IMG/VR virus record: IMGVR_UViG_3300049191_000085
Span: 1-24,082 of that record
DNA length: 24,082 nt
Direction: 5' to 3' (one strand)
Origin: a virus
Taxonomy: Duplodnaviria > Caudoviricetes
Shown here: piece after piece, positions 8,302 through 18,003 of the stretch
Layout of the letters: the number at the start of each line of letters is the position of its first letter
How positions within the stretch are numbered: position 1 is the first letter of the stretch
Notes under the pieces: generated by a model
The model's database searches: none
What the model was told of the DNA's origin: nothing
What the model saw: the letters and a program-made list of their open reading frames with translations, nothing else
Program-made: the position numbers and the translations under genes

Positions 8302-9068
8302 GCTGGAGCCTGCGGCCTGATCTCGTCTTTGATGGCCGCGTTGTCGTTCAGCGTGTGATCATGGGCAACCAGGAAGTACTTGTTGTCCTTGATCCTGGTG
8401 AACGAGTACGAACCATCGGCGGCACTCCACTTCTCGCGGACCAGGCGGCCTGTGGCCTTCTCAAACAGGCGCACTCGGCGGGCTATCGGGATGTCCGGGT
8501 CGTCGTCGATCTTGACCGTGCCGGCGATGGACAGAGGGCCGCTGTCGATTGAATCCCAGCTCGCGTGCGACGGTGCCACGCGACCGCCCGGCGAACCGCT
8601 GGGCCAGCCGGGGGACAGCCTACCGGCTGTCATTGCAATCCGCGGTGCCACAGGCTCAGAGAAGCCGCTGATGATGTGATCGGCGGCAACATTGTTGGCG
8701 ACCGAGATGTACGGGGCCAGCGTCGTGAAGACAAAGCCGTCGTCCGAATAGGACAACGTGATCCCCACCGGCTCCGCAGACCCGAAATTGTTGGTCCGTA
8801 TCAAGACCTCCACGATGTCGGTAGGCGTACCGAAGTCGTAGCCGACGCGAGCCCACCGCTCAACGAGGAACAGGCCCCATACGGTCGTATTGTTGTTGTC
8901 GAAGAGCCGCTCGGTACCGCCCGCGTCAAACCCGTTCGCCGGACCGAAGCTCGCTCCGGAGCCTGTCACGTCGGCCCCGCCAATGGCGTCGCGCATCTCG
9001 ATCTCTTTGATCGTTACCCAGCCACCTCGGCTGTAGAGGTCGACGCCCCAATACCGATGCGCCGCCAT
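8298..9068 (-). CDS. Putative receptor-binding protein: discoidin (F5/8C)-like domain plus C-terminal carboxypeptidase-regulatory/Ig-like domain
   Basis: HRYW..., LFDNNNTTVW, VGYDFGTPTDIVEV, LSYSDDG; then IAGTVK...RRVRLFEKATGRLVREKWSAADGSYSF. Confidence 0.68.
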   Translation of the reverse strand: MAAHRYWGVDLYSRGGWVTIKEIEMRDAIGGADVTGSGASFGPANGFDAGGTERLFDNNNTTVWGLFLVERWARVGYDFGTPTDIVEVLIRTNNFGSAEPVGITLSYSDDGFVFTTLAPYISVANNVAADHIISGFSEPVAPRIAMTAGRLSPGWPSGSPGGRVAPSHASWDSIDSGPLSIAGTVKIDDDPDIPIARRVRLFEKATGRLVREKWSAADGSYSFTRIKDNKYFLVAHDHTLNDNAAIKDEIRPQAPA

Positions 9069-9069
9069 A

Positions 9070-10245
9070 TCAGATCCACGGGCCGGTCAGATCGACAGCC
9101 ATGCACCCGCCCCCGCCCTGCGTAGTGGTGCCCACAAACAGCACATCCCCGTTGAACCCAATCAGGTTCTGCAGGCGCCGCCGGTGCAATCGGTTGCCGA
9201 TGTTGGCCAGGGGCGCCATGAGGCCCCGTGCGTGCCCTCTGATCGGCATACCGAACGCCGAATTGTCCTCAGCAATCAGTATTTGCTGGGCCAGGACCAG
9301 GCCGTTGTCCACTGGGCTCGGGTAGCTCGGGCCTATCGACCCAACCAACTGGTTGTCTTGCGGACCGACGAAAGTAGCCCAGGGAGCGAGCCCTATGGTG
9401 TCAGCCCGGCGAGCAATCGAGAAACCGCCGCCGCCCGAACCAAGAACCCCCAGCCGGTTCAAGTACGGCCCTGCACTTGCCGCTGATGTGTCTTGATCGC
9501 CAATGGCCAGGCAGGCGTACGCGTCACCGGCGCGGTCAGACGCAAGATCGCCGAACGCCCGGAAATGCAGAAGACCGGGGTAGGACGAAATGGGGTAGCT
9601 GTCGTGTTCGGTCCAGAAATAGAAGGTCCTGCTGTCCCCCACCAAGATCCAGTCTTTGGCGGCGGTGTTGTTAACGCCCTTCGACCAGTACAAGCCGCCG
9701 GAGACTTGAAAGCACGCCTGACTCAAGTCGTCGATCCCGGAGGCGGCCTCCAGCATCACTGCGCGGGCCTGCGTCGCGCTCGCCACGCCCGCCCCCGTGT
9801 CGTCAATGCGCAGCACCGTCGCGGTGGCCTGCGGGTCCGTCCGCCGATAGACCGCCTTGTTGGTGCCGGTGAACTGCTTGGCCCAGCCGAGGGACGGGCG
9901 CTTGCCAGTGATCGTTCCGGTGGCCGCCTGGTCGGCGACACCGGGCGCCGGGAACGTCACCGTGTTGGCATCCACCACGGTGATCTTCTGCCGACCGTTG
10001 AGCGCGCCTGGCGCGCCGCCAGTCACCGTCGAGCCCGAGAACTCATAGATGCGGCCGGTCAGCAGGCCGTGCGCGCTGATGGTGGCGGTGGCCACGCCAG
10101 ATGCGACGACGATGGATGTGACGGGCTTGGCGTTGAAGCCGTCCACCAAGCAGGCGTCCAGCACGCCGATCATCGACCCGGGCGCGTTGTTCAGTGTCGG
10201 GGCGCCGGCCTCATCGCTGCTGTAGTAAACAATCTCGTTTGCCAT
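9070..10245 (-). CDS. Tail fibre/tail-tip protein (391 aa)
   Basis: N-terminal YSSDEAGAPTLNNAPGSMIGVLDACLVDGF, LGWAKQF, LRIDD motifs; AAGGA SD; inside the tail operon. Confidence 0.72.
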   Translation of the reverse strand: MANEIVYYSSDEAGAPTLNNAPGSMIGVLDACLVDGFNAKPVTSIVVASGVATATISAHGLLTGRIYEFSGSTVTGGAPGALNGRQKITVVDANTVTFPAPGVADQAATGTITGKRPSLGWAKQFTGTNKAVYRRTDPQATATVLRIDDTGAGVASATQARAVMLEAASGIDDLSQACFQVSGGLYWSKGVNNTAAKDWILVGDSRTFYFWTEHDSYPISSYPGLLHFRAFGDLASDRAGDAYACLAIGDQDTSAASAGPYLNRLGVLGSGGGGFSIARRADTIGLAPWATFVGPQDNQLVGSIGPSYPSPVDNGLVLAQQILIAEDNSAFGMPIRGHARGLMAPLANIGNRLHRRRLQNLIGFNGDVLFVGTTTQGGGGCMAVDLTGPWI

Positions 10246-10258
10246 GGTGGGATGTCCT

Positions 10259-13200
10259 TCAGGGGGTATCGATGTCGCCGAGAGCCATGATGGTCGCGCT
10301 GTCGCTGGCCTCGGTCGCGACGCCTTGTTGAATCACCCGCAGCCACCACAGCGGGGCCAAGGCACCCACCGTGTTGATGCGGATCGCGTTGCCGATGGCC
10401 CAGCCGGAGCCGAACCCGAGGCGGTCCAAGAAGAAGTACGGCTCGCCCGTGTTCGGGTTCAGCGGCGCGCAGTCGGCACTCGTGTTGCCCGTGCCGATGA
10501 GGCCCAGGTGCTCGCCGTAGATGCGGAAGGTCGTGGTGGTGTTGAACACCAAGGCCCAGCGCTCGGTGACCGCGCTCTCGTTGGTCACCGTCGGCGGGTA
10601 GTCGATGCTGTTGTAGGTGGCGCCTGCGGCACCGCCCTGCAGATCGTCCGACCACACCGGAGCCGATTCGCTCCAGGTGGCCTGGTCGAACAGCGACGAC
10701 ACGCGAGCGAACATGTTGCCGATGACCAAGGCCGAGCTGACATAGCTGCCCAGCGGGAAGTCGTGCGTCAGCCGGCGGTTGAGCCGCAGCGTGCCGTTGA
10801 TCTGCGCCGACGACACCAGGGCGGCATCGGAAATGTGGTGCTCGATGCGAACCGGCTGCGAGTAGCCCGCCACGTCAGTGAAGGTCACCGTGCCGGCGTC
10901 CAGGTCGGTCGTGTAGCCAGCCGTGATGGTCTGGTCGTCAGCGCCGATGACACGCGCTCGACTGAGGCGTGTGCGCCCCACGTTGATCGTCTGCCCGTTG
11001 GATACCGTTGCAGCGCTCGTCTCGTCCGTGTGGTGGACCACAGCCACAGTGCCGGGCCGGAAGATCGGCACGCGCCCGTCGGAAGGCAGCCGCACCGTGT
11101 TCAGACCAAGAATCTCCGGGTCCAGCGGGATGTAGGAGTAGCCGACGGCGTTGTAGCGCAGCGTGTCGGCCTGCACCGGGGCGGTCTCCAGGTAAGTCAA
11201 CCCCGGCACGCCCAAGCTGGTCAGGTCGATCACAAAGTCATCGGTCGCCATGCTGGCCGGCACGCGGCGGCCGAAATGCAGCTCGGCGATGCCCATCTCG
11301 TAGTCCACGATGCCGAACACACCGTAGCTGCCGGGCGTCTCGCCGACCACGGCCGTGCCGCTGGCCACGATGCCGTCCTCGTCCGCCGTGACTGAGAAGG
11401 CGGCACCCGTGCGGGACCAGTTGCCGGCCACGTTGAAGCCGCCATTGACCAGCGGCGAAATCGACGTGCGGAAGGTCACGCTATCGACCACCAGCAGCGA
11501 GTTCACGCCCGACAGCGCGGTAGCCGTGGCGCCCGCAACTGCTGTCGGCGTGGACGACGCACCGGCGGGCCAGGAGGTCAGCAGCACGCCTGAGACGCCA
11601 CCAACGATGGCCTGTGCTCCAGCCTCGGTGCCCACGCCGGAAGTCGGCGAGGGGTCGCGCATCCAACTGCCGTCGGCCGTGTTCACTGCGTAGAAGGACG
11701 CGCCGATGTTGAAGGACACGATGTCCATGCGCTGCCCCGGAGAGTCGGTGAAACCGCCGAGGCTGGAGGGCATGAAGATGGTGTCGAAGTCGAACGGGTA
11801 CGAGATGCCCGTGCCATCGTTGCCCGCGTAGCGAGCCTCGATAGCGTTCGACTGCGAGCCAGTCCACCAGGCCCAGGAGGGCGCGGCGATGGAGTTGCCG
11901 CCCGGGCCGTTCAGCACGTTCAGTTCGACCGAGATCGTGCTGTAGCTTTTCTGGGCCACGCCACCGACGCCGCCGTTCGCCACGCTGCTCCACTGGAACG
12001 TCGGGCGGTCAATCTTGAAGCCGGAAATGCTCTTCGGGATGCTGATCGCACCTGTGCTGTAGTCCACCGTGCCGACGGTCAAGTTGCCGTCCACATTCGC
12101 CATCAGCAGGTTGCCCGCGCCATCGTCGAACAGCTTGACACTGGTGTAAGCCAGGCCGAACAGCGTGCCCCACCAGGCGGTCTCGCCCGGGGTCGGGTAG
12201 CGGCCGATGATGGACACCTCGACCGTATTGGCCTTCAACGGCGCGGGTAGCGTGCCGGTCCAGTTGGCACCACCGTCGGTGAGCGTGGACAGGTCGGTCT
12301 TGATCTGCGCAGCCTCGGTGACCGTGGCGGTCACTTCAGTGCCCAAGGCCGGCAGGGTGTGCGGGCAGAAGAACACCACACCTTCGGCGTAGTTCACCTC
12401 GCCCGTGGCGTCGCCGGTCAGCACGCCGTCCACATCGGTGGCCGTGCGCGCGGTGCCGTCGCTCCAGGAGATCGAGAGCGTGCCGGGCTTGATGGCGCCG
12501 CCAAGGTCGACAGGCTTGCCAAACCTGCGGCCGGCGCTCGGGCCACCTGGCGGCACCTGGTCAATGGGGCGAGACACCACGGCCGGGGTGTAGGTCATCA
12601 CCAGCTTGCTGCCCACGTCGGGCAGCGCGCCGAGCGTGACGGTGATCGTGCCGGTGTCGTAGTTCAGCGTGCCCGCACCCGCGCTGGAGTCGCCACCGCG
12701 CAGCGCGCCCGAGCCGTCATCGCGCAGCGAGTACCACTGCCCCTGCGCACGGAAGTCGACTTGCAGCGTGCCCCGGGCCGGGGCTGGCACCAGGCTCAGC
12801 GTGTAGGTCAGCCGCTGGCTCGCTTCAGTCACCGGTACGACCGCCGATGCACCAACCAGCGTGGGCGCGCTGGCCGGTGAGTAGCTCACGGTGTGGGCGC
12901 CGGAAGACGTGCCGAACGCGTTCGTCGCCAGATTGAGCACGCCGTTCTCGTAATCGACCGTGCCCACCGAGTTGTCACTGGCGTCGATGAGCGAGCCTCC
13001 GCGATCCGTCAGCGTGACGCCGCCGCGAACGATGGACAGCGAGCCCGGCAGCACGCGCCCGCCCACGTACATGGCTTGCGTCGTCGTGAAGGCCATGGTC
13101 AGCATGCGCGAGAACACGTCGCCTGCCTTCACCAGCGTGGCGCTTTGCTGGTTCATGCGCGCGTCGGCCACCGGCACTTCGATGCGGTTGCTCGGCACCA

Positions 13201-13972
13201 AGCGCGCGTAGATGCTTTCTGCGCGGACGGTGTAGTCGCCGAGCACTCCGGCCGTCTGCAGCGGCGAGATGCCGTAGTAGCGCGACGCGTCGGCCACGAT
13301 GGTGGACAGCAGCTTGGTCTTGCCCGTGTAGGTCATGTCGGCATCGCGCCGCACGGCATTGAAGCCGTTGAAGTCCTGGCCGAGCTCGTCGCTGATGTCC
13401 AGCACCACCTCGACCCGGACGAAGTCGCCCTCAGAATCGGTGAACGTGCGCTCGCTGGCCGCAACGTTGGTGATGCGGATGAACTGCTCATACTCGGTGA
13501 CGAGCCCCTCGTTCTTGCGCAAGACGAGCGAACTGCCGACTGTCGGGAGCCGTCGGCCAACCCGCTGCAGCAGCGTGACCGACATCTGGCCCTCCAGATG
13601 GTTGCCGAACAGATAGCCGGCGTACTCCGCGCCCGGCGCCAGGTAAGACTCGATGCGATCCGCCGCCGCCGTGCGTCGGTCGAAGTCGTCGCCCGTGCTG
13701 AACAGCAGGCAGGACACATCAGGGTCGGCCGGCGGCTTCAGCACGATGACCTTGGCCCCGTAGTAGCCGTCCGTGTTCGGGGTCCGCACGCCCAAGAAGA
13801 CCTTGCGCGCGTTCACTGCGCCGTACACACGGTCCAGCTCGGACACATCGGGGAATAGGTTGTTCGACGCGCCGTCCACGACCTGGTTGCCGGTCGCTGC
13901 GCCGCCGCCCTCGGGCACGTCGGCGAGCACCTGGCTCTTCAGGATCTGAATGTCTTGTTCTTGAATCGGCAT
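10259..13972 (-). CDS. Large tail-tip/baseplate-like protein (1237 aa)
   Basis: N-terminal DVPEGGGAATG...NNLFPDVSELDRVYGAVNARKVF; repeated D..G...GTV[DN]Y..G domains; C-terminal LPSDGRVPIFRPG and ERWAL; follows the tape measure and Dit-like genes. Confidence 0.78.
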   Translation of the reverse strand: MPIQEQDIQILKSQVLADVPEGGGAATGNQVVDGASNNLFPDVSELDRVYGAVNARKVFLGVRTPNTDGYYGAKVIVLKPPADPDVSCLLFSTGDDFDRRTAAADRIESYLAPGAEYAGYLFGNHLEGQMSVTLLQRVGRRLPTVGSSLVLRKNEGLVTEYEQFIRITNVAASERTFTDSEGDFVRVEVVLDISDELGQDFNGFNAVRRDADMTYTGKTKLLSTIVADASRYYGISPLQTAGVLGDYTVRAESIYARLVPSNRIEVPVADARMNQQSATLVKAGDVFSRMLTMAFTTTQAMYVGGRVLPGSLSIVRGGVTLTDRGGSLIDASDNSVGTVDYENGVLNLATNAFGTSSGAHTVSYSPASAPTLVGASAVVPVTEASQRLTYTLSLVPAPARGTLQVDFRAQGQWYSLRDDGSGALRGGDSSAGAGTLNYDTGTITVTLGALPDVGSKLVMTYTPAVVSRPIDQVPPGGPSAGRRFGKPVDLGGAIKPGTLSISWSDGTARTATDVDGVLTGDATGEVNYAEGVVFFCPHTLPALGTEVTATVTEAAQIKTDLSTLTDGGANWTGTLPAPLKANTVEVSIIGRYPTPGETAWWGTLFGLAYTSVKLFDDGAGNLLMANVDGNLTVGTVDYSTGAISIPKSISGFKIDRPTFQWSSVANGGVGGVAQKSYSTISVELNVLNGPGGNSIAAPSWAWWTGSQSNAIEARYAGNDGTGISYPFDFDTIFMPSSLGGFTDSPGQRMDIVSFNIGASFYAVNTADGSWMRDPSPTSGVGTEAGAQAIVGGVSGVLLTSWPAGASSTPTAVAGATATALSGVNSLLVVDSVTFRTSISPLVNGGFNVAGNWSRTGAAFSVTADEDGIVASGTAVVGETPGSYGVFGIVDYEMGIAELHFGRRVPASMATDDFVIDLTSLGVPGLTYLETAPVQADTLRYNAVGYSYIPLDPEILGLNTVRLPSDGRVPIFRPGTVAVVHHTDETSAATVSNGQTINVGRTRLSRARVIGADDQTITAGYTTDLDAGTVTFTDVAGYSQPVRIEHHISDAALVSSAQINGTLRLNRRLTHDFPLGSYVSSALVIGNMFARVSSLFDQATWSESAPVWSDDLQGGAAGATYNSIDYPPTVTNESAVTERWALVFNTTTTFRIYGEHLGLIGTGNTSADCAPLNPNTGEPYFFLDRLGFGSGWAIGNAIRINTVGALAPLWWLRVIQQGVATEASDSATIMALGDIDTP

Positions 13973-13977
13973 GGGCT

Positions 13978-14376
13978 TCAGACCTCCATGAATTTCAGGG
14001 TTGCGGTGTAGGCGTCGTCGGGTGCAACGCCTTCCTGCGGCATCACCGGGCGAGCGCTGATCACCTCGCCGTCCTGGTGGCGCCAGATCACATCGCGGCT
14101 CACGCCATGCAGCAGCAGCGTCATGACCTGGCCGGGCACATTGGCCCAGGCCTGCAGCTGCAGCAGCGCGGCGCGCGGCATCCAGGACGCCAGCTCCACA
14201 GGAGGCGCCAGCGTCACGGGCCGGCCACCGATGGCCGCCTGTGTCTGGACGATCAGCGCGCCGGTGACGGACCGCGTGACCGACTGACCCACCGGGTGCC
14301 AGGCCAGTTCATCGGACCAGTACAGGTCGCTCGGCAGCACCACGCTGGTGGCGCCCACGCTCAGGGTGATGCTCAT
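13978..14376 (-). CDS. Distal-tail (Dit)-like protein (132 aa)
   Basis: Immediately after the tape measure with ATGA overlap; LPSDLYWSDELAW...TGALIVQ...GRPVTL. Confidence 0.68.
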   Translation of the reverse strand: MSITLSVGATSVVLPSDLYWSDELAWHPVGQSVTRSVTGALIVQTQAAIGGRPVTLAPPVELASWMPRAALLQLQAWANVPGQVMTLLLHGVSRDVIWRHQDGEVISARPVMPQEGVAPDDAYTATLKFMEV

Positions 14377-17300
14377 GCGGCCCTCCGGGCGGCGGTGGCC
14401 AGCACTTCAACAAGGCGCTGCACACGGTCCGCATCCGCAGACGACGCCACGCCAATATCCATGGCCGAGCCGCCAAGGTCGACGCGGATGACCTTGTAGG
14501 GCGATACGGGCGTCGGTGCCGGCGAAGGTGCTGCAGGAGCCGGCGCACGCGTAGGCGCGGTCACAGGGGTCGGAGACGCATTGCGCTTGCCCACGGTGCC
14601 CGGGTTCAAGCCGCCAGTGCCTGAGGCCAGCTCCGCGGCGTTGACGATCTGCTGCAGCCGCCCAATCCACATCTGGTCGTTGAGGCGGCCTTCGGGCGAC
14701 ACGGAGCCCGGCCCGCCCAGCCTGGCGTTCTCCTGGGCCACGCGCAAAGCGTTCTTCGCGCCAGCCAGGTCACTGGCCGAGATCTGGCCGGCCTGGAACT
14801 TGGCCCACAGCTCGAAGGGGTAGCTGTTGTCCACGGGGCCAGTCTGCTGCTTCAGTGCCGCGATCTGCTGGGCATTGCGGCCATAGGGATCGTTGTCAAC
14901 TTCCTGCTGAGTCACGCCCTTCACACCGGATGACAAGCTGTTGCGGAACGAGTTCATTCCCGATCCGTCGATGTTCCCGGCGGTCTTCGCGACGGCGTTC
15001 AGCCGGCCGAAGGCAGCAACCTGGTCATCGATGGCACGCGTGGTGCGGCGCGTTGCGCCTTCGGCATCGCCCATGGCCTGGATGAAGACCCGGCCGGCGC
15101 GGTCCACGCCGATCTCCAGGCCGCGCATGGCGGCCTCCACCTTCAGCGCCTCGGTGGCCACCCCACCGTTGGCCTTGATCGCGGCCTCAGCGTAGCGCAC
15201 GAAGCCGTCCTGCAGCTCGCGCGCGGTGGCGGTGCCGGAGCTGCGCATGGCGTCGTAGGCCGTCTTGAACTTCGTGGCGGTCTCGTCCAGGCTCTTCTGG
15301 CTGCTCACGCCCAGCACGCGCATGGCCTCGGTCAGGCTCTGGATGCCAGGCAGGGCCTCGTCCGCCTTCTGCTTCAGCTTCTCGGCCTGCAGGGCCACCT
15401 GCTCCAGCAGGCCATCGGTGATCTTGTCGCCCAGCAACTTGCGCATCTGTTCGATGCGCGTGTTCAGCGCGTCAAGGGCCTTCTGCGAATCGGCTGTGTC
15501 GATGGCCTTGACGAAGCTGGCGGCCAGCGCCTGGCTGGCATCGGCCCCGCTGGCCTTCAGCCGGTCAAAGCCGCTGATGATGGTCTCGACATCGTTGAGA
15601 GCGCTCACCGATGCCTTGGACATGCCGCCGCTGATGAGATCCATGTCCAGGCCAGCGCGGCGCACTGCTTCGCGCAGCGTGCCGTCCAGGACCTGTGCCA
15701 GCTGCATTGCGCTGCGCTCGGCACCGCCCAGGGCGGCGCGGGCCATCACTTCGAACTTCTGCAGGTCTTGACCGCTCAGCGCCTCGGCCCAAGCACGCTG
15801 CAGCTGCTCGGCAGACAACTTGCCATCGGCTGCCAGCTTGTCCAGCACACCCGCTGCCGCCTGGATGCCCGGCGCGCTGGCCAGGTCGAACTTCTTGCCG
15901 ATGGCGTTGATGGCCTCGTCGGTCGTCTGGCCCTTCTTGATCAGTTCATCAAACTCGGTGATCAGCTTCTTGGCCGCTTCGGTGAGTCCGAACTTGGCCT
16001 CGGCGGCCGCCTTGTCAGCAGCTGCCTGGTCGGCTCTCGCCTTGGCAAGCGCCTGGGCCTGCTCATAAGAGCGCTTCTCCTGGTCGGCCAGCTCCTTCTC
16101 CGCTTCCTCCACCGTCTTCAGGCCACGCGCCTTGAGCACCAGCTTGGCCGTCAGCTCGCCAATGTCCTTGGCGTAGGTGGCCGTCAGCACCAGCAGCCCG
16201 ACCGGGCCGCCCAGCAAGCCCAGCACGCCGCGCCCGGCTGCCGCCACGCCGCCCATGGCCACGGACAGCAGCCCCTTCTTGGTGGCCGCATCTACAGCCG
16301 CTGCACCGGCCGCCGTGACCGCCACGGCATTGGCGCGCGCTGCCGCCGTATTGGCAGCCGTGGCAGCCGTGTTGGCCGTCAACGCCGTGGTGGCCTGCGC
16401 CGCGCCCAGCGCCCAGTCCTTGAAGTGGCTGGCCAGCTTGAGCAACTGCAGCGCCACCACACCCTTGCCCACCGTGGCCAGCGTGCCGACGATGGCGTCC
16501 AGGTTGTTGGCGAGGTAGGCGATGGCCTCGGCGGCGGTCTTGCTGGCGCCCGTGGACTTGTCCAGGTTGCCGATGTAGATCATCCACTGCGTGGACAGGT
16601 TCTGCAGCGCGCCGCCCACGGTCGGCGGCAGCTTGTTGAACTCGGCCGCGATGGTGTCGGACTGGCCCTTCAGCGCCTTGATGATGGTTTCGCTGGTGAG
16701 CTGGCCTTCAGCCGCCATCTCGCGCAGCCGGCCGGTGGTCACGCCCAGGCCGTCGGCCAGCGCGCGCGCCAGGCGCGGGCTCTGCTCCATCACCGAGTTG
16801 AACTCGTCGCCGCGCAGCACGCCCGACTGCAGGCCCTGGTTCAGCTGCGCGATGGCCGCCTCGGCCGCCTGCGCACTGCCGCCGGTGATCTGGATGGACT
16901 GGTTGATGGTGCGCGTGAGGGCCAGCGACTCCTGGTTCGTCAGGTTCAGCTGCTTGCCCGCCGTGGCAATGCGCGCGAACAGCTCCCCCGTGGCCTCCAG
17001 GCCGGAGCGCGTCTCCAGCGCGATCTGCTGCACGCCCTCCATGCCGGCCTGGAAGGCCTGGCCCTCGCCGGTGGCCAGCTTGATGCGCGCGGCTAGGCCG
17101 TTGTAGGCGTCGGCCGTCTCGGCCGCGTCCTTGATCAGCCCGCCCAGGAAGCCGCCGCCCTGCAGCGCGATGAAGGCGTTCTGCACACGGCCCAGCTGCG
17201 TGCTGATGGAGTCCACGCCCTCGCCGATGGCGCGGTGCGTGCGTTGGATCTGCGCGCCCGACTCGGCCGCACCGCGCGCGGCGCCCTGGTACGCCGGCAC

Positions 17301-17792
17301 CAGGTCGGCCACCGAGGCGCGCACCTTCTCGGCCTCGGCCGCCAGGCGGGCCTGGGCGTCGCGGGTGTTCTTGCTGGCGATGCCGTAGTTCTGCAGCTCG
17401 CCCACCGCGCCGGCCAGCGCCTGGCGCTGCTCCACCATCTTGGCGCGGGCTGCTTCTGCTGCGCCCTGCAGGCGCTGCAGCGCCTCGGCCTCGCGGGCCG
17501 TGGGCGGGCCGGCCTGGCCGATCTGCTGGCCGAAGTTCTGCGCCTCAGTCTCGGCGCGCTTGAGCGCGGCGGCGGCATCGGTGGCCTCGCGCTTGAGGCG
17601 CTCGAAGGCGTTGATCGCCTCCTGCTGCCGGGCCAGCTCGCGCAGCTTGTCGGCGGCGGCCTGGGCCTGCGCCTTCAGGTCGCCCTCGAGCACCTTGGCC
17701 ATGTCGTCCAGGCGCCGGGTCAGATCGGCCACGTTCTCGCGGCCGGCCACGTTGGCCTGGATCTCGACGGTGTTGACGGGCGTGGTGCTCAT
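14373..17792 (-). CDS. Tail tape measure protein (1139 aa)
   Basis: Ala-rich helical ORF with the tape-measure motif QLNQGLQSGVLRGDEFNSVMEQSPRLARALADGLG and hydrophobic LLGGPVGLL. Confidence 0.93.
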   Translation of the reverse strand: MSTTPVNTVEIQANVAGRENVADLTRRLDDMAKVLEGDLKAQAQAAADKLRELARQQEAINAFERLKREATDAAAALKRAETEAQNFGQQIGQAGPPTAREAEALQRLQGAAEAARAKMVEQRQALAGAVGELQNYGIASKNTRDAQARLAAEAEKVRASVADLVPAYQGAARGAAESGAQIQRTHRAIGEGVDSISTQLGRVQNAFIALQGGGFLGGLIKDAAETADAYNGLAARIKLATGEGQAFQAGMEGVQQIALETRSGLEATGELFARIATAGKQLNLTNQESLALTRTINQSIQITGGSAQAAEAAIAQLNQGLQSGVLRGDEFNSVMEQSPRLARALADGLGVTTGRLREMAAEGQLTSETIIKALKGQSDTIAAEFNKLPPTVGGALQNLSTQWMIYIGNLDKSTGASKTAAEAIAYLANNLDAIVGTLATVGKGVVALQLLKLASHFKDWALGAAQATTALTANTAATAANTAAARANAVAVTAAGAAAVDAATKKGLLSVAMGGVAAAGRGVLGLLGGPVGLLVLTATYAKDIGELTAKLVLKARGLKTVEEAEKELADQEKRSYEQAQALAKARADQAAADKAAAEAKFGLTEAAKKLITEFDELIKKGQTTDEAINAIGKKFDLASAPGIQAAAGVLDKLAADGKLSAEQLQRAWAEALSGQDLQKFEVMARAALGGAERSAMQLAQVLDGTLREAVRRAGLDMDLISGGMSKASVSALNDVETIISGFDRLKASGADASQALAASFVKAIDTADSQKALDALNTRIEQMRKLLGDKITDGLLEQVALQAEKLKQKADEALPGIQSLTEAMRVLGVSSQKSLDETATKFKTAYDAMRSSGTATARELQDGFVRYAEAAIKANGGVATEALKVEAAMRGLEIGVDRAGRVFIQAMGDAEGATRRTTRAIDDQVAAFGRLNAVAKTAGNIDGSGMNSFRNSLSSGVKGVTQQEVDNDPYGRNAQQIAALKQQTGPVDNSYPFELWAKFQAGQISASDLAGAKNALRVAQENARLGGPGSVSPEGRLNDQMWIGRLQQIVNAAELASGTGGLNPGTVGKRNASPTPVTAPTRAPAPAAPSPAPTPVSPYKVIRVDLGGSAMDIGVASSADADRVQRLVEVLATAARRAA

Positions 17793-17817
17793 GGCGCTGT
17801 TGGGTCAGAATGGCGTC

Positions 17818-17994
17818 ATGCCGCGCCTGTTGTTCTTCGTCGTCGGACTGGCCTTGCTGGGCTTCACCTTCTCTTTCAAGGTGGGCTTCTGGCTGGCCGT
17901 CTTGGCGGCCGTGGTGTGGTGTGGCGCTGCGGTGTGGTCGGTGGCCGCACTGGCCGCGCCGCTGCCGCGCAGGCAGCAGCAGCGCAGGCGCTGA
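17818..17994 (+). CDS. Small antisense membrane protein (58 aa), moron-like
   Basis: MPRLLFFVVGLALLGFTFSFKVGFWLAVLAAVVWCGAAVWSVAALAAPLPRRQQQRRR; two hydrophobic segments and a basic tail; fills the gap between tail tube and tape measure genes. Confidence 0.68.
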   Translation: MPRLLFFVVGLALLGFTFSFKVGFWLAVLAAVVWCGAAVWSVAALAAPLPRRQQQRRR

Positions 17995-18003
17995 TCGCCG
18001 CCG

